A stretch of 64,000 nucleotides of DNA from Candidatus Thorarchaeota archaeon. Its GTDB lineage: Archaea; Asgardarchaeota; Thorarchaeia; Thorarchaeales; Thorarchaeaceae. The notes under the pieces are model-generated. The model was not told the DNA's origin. It saw only the letters and a list, made by a program, of their open reading frames with translations, and made no database searches. Location of the stretch: NCBI GenBank assembly GCA_019057475.1, contig DXJO01000008.1:73943-137942 (forward strand). Direction: 5' to 3'. The number at the start of each line of letters is the position of its first letter. The stretch's first letter is position 1. This document shows positions 57,594-64,000 of the stretch, piece after piece. Position numbers and translations under genes: made by a program.

Positions 57594-58661
57594 CTATTGG
57601 AGAATGTCCAGGTAGACAGAAAGGGCTTTCTCCGGTGTTTCCACACCTCTTATGGTTGCAGTACCAGTAGTCGATAATGTGACCTTCACTGCATTACTAG
57701 TTTCAACCAACAGGAATTTTTCTTGTCTAACCACCTTGTGCTTTCTTGCTAGACGGTTCTCAATTGATTTCAGGTCGAGATTGAGGATTTTCATAGGAGA
57801 AACGTTGAAGGTGCCCGAACATAGAGCCGTCACAACTGGCCCATCCTGAACAACCGTGCTGTCTACTCGATTCACTGAACATACCGGGCAGTTCTCAGCG
57901 CGTGCGATCTCAAAGAAATCGAAACTCAAAGAGCTGATGTCTATGGTCATCAACCTGTTCCTCAAACGCGCTTCCTTCTCGGTTGTCAAGAGGACAGCTT
58001 CTCTTACTTCAATTGCGGCAGCGATTGAGAGGAGCGTAGGTGTAACCCCAATCCTTTCACAGCTGTTATCCGGATTGTCTTCCACGTTTCCCATAATGCA
58101 TGAGAAGCAACCTGTTTCTCCTGGTACAAACGTGGTCAAGTTCGCGTAGTATTCTACCGCTCCAGCAAACACATAGGGGATGCCCAACGATTGGCTAGCT
58201 TTGTTTACAGCCCGGCGGGAGTGGAACGAATCGAGTCCATCAACGATAATATCACATCCCTTCAGGATATCATTCGCATTGCTCTCCTCTATTGATATGC
58301 ATAGGGGCTCGAAGTTGACGTGTGGATTCAAGAGCGCGAGGTTTTCTGCCGCAACATCTACCTTTGGTTTCCCAACATCTTGAGTGTTGTAGATGGTCTG
58401 TCGCTGAATGTTGGATAGTTCGACCACATCTCTATCCACAATCCGTATGACACCAAAGCCGATGGCAGTCAGAAGCCTCAAGGCAGCGCTTCCAAGTCCG
58501 CCAGCACCGACAACTGCCACCCTGGTGCCCATTACGGACTCCATGTCTGCTTCTTTGAAGTCGTGGAGGGCAAGCATCCGCGAATACCGCTCTGTTTCGT
58601 CTGGAGTAATCTTCATTTTGCGGGCCCTGAGAGGTTTAGAGTCACTTAAAGCCTTGTACAC
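57594..58661 (-). CDS. ThiF/MoeB/UbaA-type E1-like activating enzyme with ~100-aa C-terminal extension
   Basis: VAVVGAGGLGSAALRLL is a Rossmann/ATP motif. Cys motifs CFSC and CPVC suggest a zinc site and catalytic region. Confidence 0.75.
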   Translation of the reverse strand: MYKALSDSKPLRARKMKITPDETERYSRMLALHDFKEADMESVMGTRVAVVGAGGLGSAALRLLTAIGFGVIRIVDRDVVELSNIQRQTIYNTQDVGKPKVDVAAENLALLNPHVNFEPLCISIEESNANDILKGCDIIVDGLDSFHSRRAVNKASQSLGIPYVFAGAVEYYANLTTFVPGETGCFSCIMGNVEDNPDNSCERIGVTPTLLSIAAAIEVREAVLLTTEKEARLRNRLMTIDISSLSFDFFEIARAENCPVCSVNRVDSTVVQDGPVVTALCSGTFNVSPMKILNLDLKSIENRLARKHKVVRQEKFLLVETSNAVKVTLSTTGTATIRGVETPEKALSVYLDILQ

Positions 58662-58676
58662 AGGCCCAATCTTGGC

Positions 58677-59519
58677 ATGAACTACACATCAGAGGTTGCA
58701 ATAGCCATTCGCAGGACTCCACAAGAATCCCTCTCAGAGGCTCTCTCCAAGCTCCTTGCCCCTCCCACTCCAAAAGGCCCAATAGATCGCGTGATAATCA
58801 AGCCTTCCATCTATAAACCCCGTTTGGCAGGAAACACAAATTCAGACCTAGTTGGTGCTCTTATCCGTCTGTTCAAGTCTATCGCTCCGGTGCTGGTCGT
58901 GGAGAGTGATAACCCTCTCAGAAACGCGGAAGATGCGTTTCGGCAGTCCTCATATCATACGCTTGAAGGGAAAACAACAACACTGGTCAACCTCTCGAAA
59001 TCGGACTTAGCTCCTGTGAAAATGGCTGGGCATCTCTTTAAGAGCAAGCCCATGCCAACTCTGCTGACTGGGTCTCGCATGCTAATCAATGCGGCGACAA
59101 TAAAGGTCGATTCTGGGATTTCAGTCATTGGAGCCAGTATGAAGAACCTTTTTGGACTACTGCCTGAGGTTGACAAGTCAGTTTATCACGACCGCATCGA
59201 TGATGCTCTGGTCGATCTTCTTCAGGCTTTCAGGCCAGATTTGACAGTTGTTGATTTGACAGAGATTGTAATAGGGCAGCGAGAAGAGGGACAGGTTGCC
59301 AAGGTCGGAGGTGTGGTGGTAGGCACAGACCCTGTTGCAGTTGATACGTTCTGTTGTGACCTCGTAGGAATAGATGCTTTCAATGTTCCCTACATAGTCA
59401 AGGCATATGAATTGGGTTTAGGAGAAGCGCTAATCGATCGAATCGGTATTCGTGGAACTGAGTATCAGAAGCGGAAAATCTACGACAGCTTGAAGATCCA
59501 GATGCCTCCCCGGAAATAA
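58677..59519 (+). CDS. DUF362-like protein
   Basis: DRVIIKPSIY ... GGVVVGTDPVAVDTFCCDLVGID is the pattern typical of DUF362. Confidence 0.5.
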   Translation: MNYTSEVAIAIRRTPQESLSEALSKLLAPPTPKGPIDRVIIKPSIYKPRLAGNTNSDLVGALIRLFKSIAPVLVVESDNPLRNAEDAFRQSSYHTLEGKTTTLVNLSKSDLAPVKMAGHLFKSKPMPTLLTGSRMLINAATIKVDSGISVIGASMKNLFGLLPEVDKSVYHDRIDDALVDLLQAFRPDLTVVDLTEIVIGQREEGQVAKVGGVVVGTDPVAVDTFCCDLVGIDAFNVPYIVKAYELGLGEALIDRIGIRGTEYQKRKIYDSLKIQMPPRK

Positions 59520-59594
59520 TATAATCCCGGTGTAGAGAATAAATTTGTTCTCAACGTTTGTGAACTAGCAACGGCAACAAAAGGGTGAACTAAA

Positions 59595-60761
59595 TTGGAT
59601 TGGACTTCACACGCTATGGAACGCATTCCCGCTTCTGGCACCTTAAAGATGTTCGAACTGGCCAAGAAACTCGAGGCTAAGGGTCGCAAGATATACCACT
59701 TCGAGGTGGGAGAACCCGACTTCCCCACTCCGGCGAATGTGGTTGAAGCGGGTATAAAGGCTCTCAAGGAGGGACACACCAAATACGTTTCCTCTCGCGG
59801 AGCGCCTCCGCTTCTTGACGCTATAGCCGATTACTACAATCAACAAGGCATCAAAATCGACAGCCAAGAGAATGTTATTGTTACACCCGGAGCCAAGCTG
59901 GCTCTGTTCAGTGGAATCATGGCGACTATCGATAGTGGCGATGAGGTTCTCTGTTTGTCTCCGGCATGGCCAACATATCGCGTTATGATACGCATGGTCG
60001 GAGCTAAGCCCGTGGATGTCCCAATGAGTCCGGACTTCCAGCTTGATGAAGAGGCTCTCAAGAGCGCTATGACGAGAACAGTAACTGCATTAATCATCAA
60101 TAGTCCATCGAATCCAACGGGCGGGGCGTTGACAAAGGAGCACCTTAAAACCATCTATGACCTAGCCTGCGATCATGACTTTGTCGTCTTCAGTGATGAG
60201 ATCTACGAGTCGCTGGTCTATGATGGCTTCCGTCAGGCATCCATGCTTGATGTCGACCCAGACATGAAGCGGAGCTTGATTATCAACGGGTTCTCGAAAT
60301 CATACGCGATGACTGGATGGCGGTTAGGTTATGCTGTAGGTAATTCGCAAACGATAGGCAACATGATCCGAATACAGCAGAACACCACCTCTTGTGCTGC
60401 AGACTTTTCGCAGATGGCTGCTGTAGAGGCTCTAAGAGGGGACCAAACCTCGATCGAAAAGATGAGGCTCGCATATCAAAAGCGCCGAGACGTCATTACA
60501 CAGTTGTTCTGTGATATGGACGGAGTTAGTTGCATGTCCCCGAAAGGAGCCTTCTATGTGTTTCCTGACTTCAGTGAATACAACCTAAGCAGTACGACCC
60601 TTGCCGAGCTACTTCTGAAGAAGGTTGGTGTTGTAGGGACGCCGGGGGTTGCGTTTGGGAAAGCGTACGACTCATATCTTAGATTCTCCTACTCAGCTTC
60701 AATGTCCGACATTCAGGAAGGCATCACCAAGCTCAGGGAGTACTTGCCCTCATTGAAGTAG
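59595..60761 (+). CDS. Class I/II (aspartate/aromatic-type) PLP aminotransferase
   Basis: NPTGGALT, FSKSYAMTGWRLGY (with the PLP Lys) and SPAWP. Confidence 0.85.
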   Translation: MDWTSHAMERIPASGTLKMFELAKKLEAKGRKIYHFEVGEPDFPTPANVVEAGIKALKEGHTKYVSSRGAPPLLDAIADYYNQQGIKIDSQENVIVTPGAKLALFSGIMATIDSGDEVLCLSPAWPTYRVMIRMVGAKPVDVPMSPDFQLDEEALKSAMTRTVTALIINSPSNPTGGALTKEHLKTIYDLACDHDFVVFSDEIYESLVYDGFRQASMLDVDPDMKRSLIINGFSKSYAMTGWRLGYAVGNSQTIGNMIRIQQNTTSCAADFSQMAAVEALRGDQTSIEKMRLAYQKRRDVITQLFCDMDGVSCMSPKGAFYVFPDFSEYNLSSTTLAELLLKKVGVVGTPGVAFGKAYDSYLRFSYSASMSDIQEGITKLREYLPSLK

Positions 60762-60774
60762 GCAGTGACCCGCA

Positions 60775-61380
60775 ATGTCTGAGAAGAGCCGCGAAACGCA
60801 AGAAAATGGCAAGAATCTTGTGCGCTTCGAGTGTATCAAGTGCGGTGAATGTTGCAGACAGAAGGGGCTGATTGTGACTGTAACTGGCAGGGACGTAGCC
60901 CGTTTGTCTTCAACACTAGGGATGGCAGCTCCAGAGCTATTACGTGCACTGGACTTCTATGTTCTTCCGGAAAACGGAAACGCCCCCAAGGGTCTGCGTG
61001 ATACTCCGCTGCTGAAGACCGAATCTGGTAAGGCTTACATGGCGCTGCGGAAGATGGAGTCGGGTGACTGTATCTTTCTCAAGGACAACCAGTGCATGAT
61101 ACATCCGATTCGCCCATTCGTTTGTAGGACTTTCCCATTTGTATTTCGTGATGTGGCTGGAAGAGTGAAGTGGGGTTTCAGCTCGATGAAGGATATCTGT
61201 CCTGGAATCGGCGAGGGCAGTAAAGCTACAAAGCAGGAACTAGTTGAGTTGTGCATAGCAGCACTTGAGGATTTGGCCATATATCGAGAGTTCGCAGAAA
61301 CCTGGAATGAAACTACTGCTGAACCAACTGTTATTGGTTTCCTTGAGGCAATTCTCTCTGATGTTCGCTTCTCCGTCTAG
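60775..61380 (+). CDS. YkgJ/UPF0153 family CxxCxxCC metal-binding protein
   Basis: CIKCGECCRQ is the signature motif. Confidence 0.7.
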   Translation: MSEKSRETQENGKNLVRFECIKCGECCRQKGLIVTVTGRDVARLSSTLGMAAPELLRALDFYVLPENGNAPKGLRDTPLLKTESGKAYMALRKMESGDCIFLKDNQCMIHPIRPFVCRTFPFVFRDVAGRVKWGFSSMKDICPGIGEGSKATKQELVELCIAALEDLAIYREFAETWNETTAEPTVIGFLEAILSDVRFSV

Positions 61381-61472
61381 CAATAAGCAATGCAATTGGC
61401 CGTTGTGTACGATGGCTCGTCAAGAAGTTTGGGCCTGTCGAGTAAATGCGCATTGAATCAGATTTCAAGAGC

Positions 61473-62447
61473 TTAGAGCCGGCTAAGGATCTCTAGGATG
61501 TTGCTGAAGTTATGCTCGACGGTCCGGCTCTTCTCCCCGTAAGCCTCGAGATGCTTGAATCTCTTATCATCCTTCACGAGGCTCATGAAGCGCTCGGACC
61601 GAATCTCAGTATGGATGCTCTCGTTCAATAGCAATATCTCATCTGAGGTCTTCAGAATGAATTGTAGCATCTTTATCAGGAGATTGAAGTCTGCGATGTC
61701 TCTAAGTTGTAATGTCTGGCTGTAAAATTGGAATTCCAATCTGGCTAGGAACTCTCTCATCTGCGCCAACTTGATGAGCCAATCATTAGCTTTCTCATTG
61801 TTGAGTTCATAGTGTATCCTCGACCAATAGGCTTGCTGCTCCAGAAGCTGCACTAGATAGCTCCGCAAGAACGCGAAGGAGTCAACACCCTCCTCGATGT
61901 CATCCTCACTACCGATGGATTTCATCATGTCGTCCATATCGCTGTGTTTGATAGCAATCTTCAGCGAGAACTTGTCGACATACCTCCTGATCTCGTCTGC
62001 CTTCTCCTGCTTAGTCATGGTGTCAGCATATGTATCACTTAGCGTCAGTATGAATTTGTATATACAATCACTACATATTTCCATACTTCCAGTCAAATCC
62101 TTCGTGGACATAAACTGAAGAGCATCCTCTATGTCACTAGCAGGAACATCCCTGCCATGAATACGCAAAACCCATCCTTGTGATATGCAATAAATGCGAT
62201 TTGTAATGTCATCAATATACACCCAAGCGTAGCAAATACAGTCCTTTTCACTTCGTTCTTTGTCCATGTCTTCCTTGGAGCGTGCAAACCCAAACAAGGA
62301 GGTGTCTACGTCGATGACATCCACTTCTAGAATTGAATCGTCATTCACACAGAGCTTTTCATCGCCAAAAACCTTGAAGCAGGGACATCCCCTGATCAGT
62401 CTGATTGTGCCTTGGCGATCACTGTCTTGGCTTCCACCAATCGTCAC
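61473..62447 (-). CDS. Hypothetical Cys-motif protein, paralog A of tandem pair
   Basis: GCPCFKVFGDEKLCVND, CICYAWVYID..IYCISQGW.LRI.G.DV..SDIEDALQF, CSDC. It shares this whole layout with the downstream paralog. Confidence 0.45.
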   Translation of the reverse strand: MTIGGSQDSDRQGTIRLIRGCPCFKVFGDEKLCVNDDSILEVDVIDVDTSLFGFARSKEDMDKERSEKDCICYAWVYIDDITNRIYCISQGWVLRIHGRDVPASDIEDALQFMSTKDLTGSMEICSDCIYKFILTLSDTYADTMTKQEKADEIRRYVDKFSLKIAIKHSDMDDMMKSIGSEDDIEEGVDSFAFLRSYLVQLLEQQAYWSRIHYELNNEKANDWLIKLAQMREFLARLEFQFYSQTLQLRDIADFNLLIKMLQFILKTSDEILLLNESIHTEIRSERFMSLVKDDKRFKHLEAYGEKSRTVEHNFSNILEILSRL

Positions 62448-62540
62448 TATTCACTGCTCCATGTCCTGCTTCCGCTTGCTCTGCGCTTTCAAACAATCAA
62501 CAAAAAACAAACGCGGAATCATGTTATAGAGTTTATCGTG

Positions 62541-63563
62541 CTATGTTCGAATCTGGCTGAGGGCTCTGAGAAGGTTGCTGAATCGGTGCTCAGTGCGCCT
62601 ACGTTTGTTAGAGTGAATTTCAAATAACTGTTGCACCTGATTTGGAACCCCACCCGTTTCCATTACCTTATGCGACTTCTCGCGGATTTCGTTGTTTAGA
62701 CTTACCACCCTCCCAGCAACTTCAACCATGAACTTCAGGATTCCCAGAGAAACGACTTGATCCGGAGCTTGGCTCAGAGTTATCACCTGGAAGAGGAACA
62801 CAGTTTCGAGTCTGGCGAGGAGCTTGTAATGCTCCATAAGTTCGATGAGACCTTCGCTGGCTCCCTCCTTCTTCATGTCGTCTATTCGAGACGCCCATTC
62901 ACTCCGTTGCTTCATGAGGTCCTCAATGTGGTTCTCAACAAGCTCAATGGGATCCACTCCCTCATCCAGCACAGCTTCTTCGACTATTTCCTCGAGATCC
63001 ATGGCCATCTTCACAGCCAAGTTCTTTACATATGCTGCGATTATTTCTCCTCTTTCAGTTTCGCTGAGCCGATCCGCGAAGACTTCAGTATTCATTATCA
63101 GATACTTGTAAAGACAATCAGAACACACGACACCGTCACTAGACTGTTCTGTTGATGTGACAAACTGCAAGGCGTCAAGAACATCTGACGACTTTACATC
63201 GCACTTGTTGATTCGTATTCGCTGACCTTGACTGACACAATATACCTTATCGTCTGTCTCGTCGAGGAAAACCAATAGATAACACATGTTCTTCCTGCTA
63301 CTCTTGAACTTGAGAAGTTCTTCCGGCGACTGTGACTCGGCGAAGAACGATGGGTCAACTGATATCGAGATGATGGGTAGCACGTCATCGTTGTTCAGGC
63401 AGACCTTCTCATCGCCGAACTCCCTGTAACAAGGGCATCCCTTGACAAGGCGCGATGAACCACTGCTGGCTCCTGCCAGAGATGATGCGCCCAGTTTCAT
63501 TTCAGACACCTTAGGTCTTATAATAGCACACTCCCGGTCCGATATTCCGATTTCTGTGTTCAA
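62541..63563 (-). CDS. Hypothetical Cys-motif protein, paralog B of tandem pair
   Basis: GCPCYREFGDEKVCLNND, MCYLLVFLD..VYCVSQGQRIRI..CDV.SSDVLDALQF, CSDC. Confidence 0.45.
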   Translation of the reverse strand: MNTEIGISDRECAIIRPKVSEMKLGASSLAGASSGSSRLVKGCPCYREFGDEKVCLNNDDVLPIISISVDPSFFAESQSPEELLKFKSSRKNMCYLLVFLDETDDKVYCVSQGQRIRINKCDVKSSDVLDALQFVTSTEQSSDGVVCSDCLYKYLIMNTEVFADRLSETERGEIIAAYVKNLAVKMAMDLEEIVEEAVLDEGVDPIELVENHIEDLMKQRSEWASRIDDMKKEGASEGLIELMEHYKLLARLETVFLFQVITLSQAPDQVVSLGILKFMVEVAGRVVSLNNEIREKSHKVMETGGVPNQVQQLFEIHSNKRRRTEHRFSNLLRALSQIRT

Positions 63564-63741
63564 GCGATATGAAGTTTTCTTGCACAGACGGCCCTTCTGG
63601 GTTCAAGAAACACAGTCCAGAAGAAGAGAATTCACTGTTAGCCGATTTCGCAGCATCTTTGACCTTCTATTGTATAGGGATAACTGAATGCAGGTCGTGA
63701 AACCTGGCATGCTAAAAGGAGGGAAGGAGCCGCGGGGTGCC

Positions 63742-63876
63742 TATGTGCCCCACAGCTCACGCTTCAGCAGGTCACGGATAGCAATCCTGATAGCTTCTGA
63801 CCTGTTCGGATAGAGATTGCTTTGTACGAGCTTCTCTAGACCATCAACGTACGTTTCCGGGACATGAAGTGTGACC
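63742..63876 (-). CDS. Probable ribbon-helix-helix (CopG-like) small protein
   Basis: The minus-strand translation (M)KLVTLHVPETYVDGLEKLVQSNLYPNRSEAIRIAIRDLLKRELWGT has an RHH beta-strand/helix signature. TTG start. It was absent from the ORF track because it is under 60 aa. Confidence 0.35.
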
Positions 63877-64000
63877 AATTTCAATGTTGTATCACCTGAG
63901 TCATGTCAGGGTCATACTGTAATATCACTGTGAGTAATACTGGGTCGAGGGTCAAGATGGCAGGCCTTCCTTGGTTCGCAAGGCAGGAGTTATATCACTT

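Noticed and set aside
1-64000. CRISPR arrays, rRNA and tRNA genes
   Set aside because: No regularly spaced short direct repeats were seen. No intergenic segment showed tRNA-like acceptor/anticodon-arm symmetry or rRNA-like conserved sequence by eye. A tRNAscan or Infernal run would be definitive.

Overview
The window is a densely coded, roughly 50% GC stretch that looks archaeal, most likely from an Asgard-type archaeon. That call rests on a canonical 20S proteasome alpha subunit, an archaeal DTD2-type D-aminoacyl-tRNA deacylase, a TrmB-like HTH, an MtrH/corrinoid/RACo methyltransfer module, a giant surface protein rich in N-glycosylation sequons, and a Rab/Ras-like small GTPase carrying every G-box. 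I found no rRNA, tRNA or CRISPR array.

Layout from left to right:
- (a) 1-13.8 kb: a defence and DNA-modification region. It holds two Dam-family N6-adenine methyltransferase paralogs, each next to a decayed Dam fragment. Between them sits a 1851-aa surface protein. After them comes an alpha-class DNA methyltransferase followed by a PD-(D/E)xK-like ORF that may be its restriction partner.
- (b) 13.8-23 kb: sulfur handling and housekeeping. An IscU with an unknown C-terminal fusion, an IscS-like protein whose PLP-lysine motif GHK reads SND, and a TusA. Then a Pol-beta NTase-like ORF, a GNAT acetyltransferase, an MDR alcohol dehydrogenase, an M24 peptidase, a LarE-like PP-loop ATPase and a SpeA arginine decarboxylase.
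- (c) 23-29 kb: a three-gene sensory module. A Cache-HAMP protein, a Cache-HAMP-TPR-vWA protein, and an FG-GAP propeller / zinc-ribbon / helical protein.
- (d) 29-37 kb: an HDAC-family protein and a phosphoribosyltransferase. Then a corrinoid protein, RACo and an MtrH-like gene sit divergent to a reductive-dehalogenase/QueG-superfamily protein that has an N-terminal ferredoxin. A small radical SAM enzyme and the proteasome alpha subunit follow.
- (e) 37-45 kb: a RimK-like ATP-grasp protein, YjeF_N, and a beta-carbonic-anhydrase-like protein. Then a 3.2 kb low-GC insertion flanked by an imperfect direct repeat of about 110 bp. The insertion carries a single tri-domain gene (APH kinase, M23 peptidase, class-III aminotransferase).
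- (f) 45-55 kb: a coiled-coil cluster that includes a 1304-aa TrmB-like protein split by a huge coiled-coil region, plus DtdA.
- (g) 55-64 kb: a GNAT, a membrane zinc-ribbon protein, a basic-tailed protein that resembles a GTPase without a P-loop, an acidic disordered protein, a ThiF/MoeB E1-like protein, DUF362, an aspartate-type aminotransferase, YkgJ, two tandem paralogous Cys-motif proteins, and a small RHH ORF.

Every call comes from reading motifs in the supplied translations and DNA. No database search was possible.
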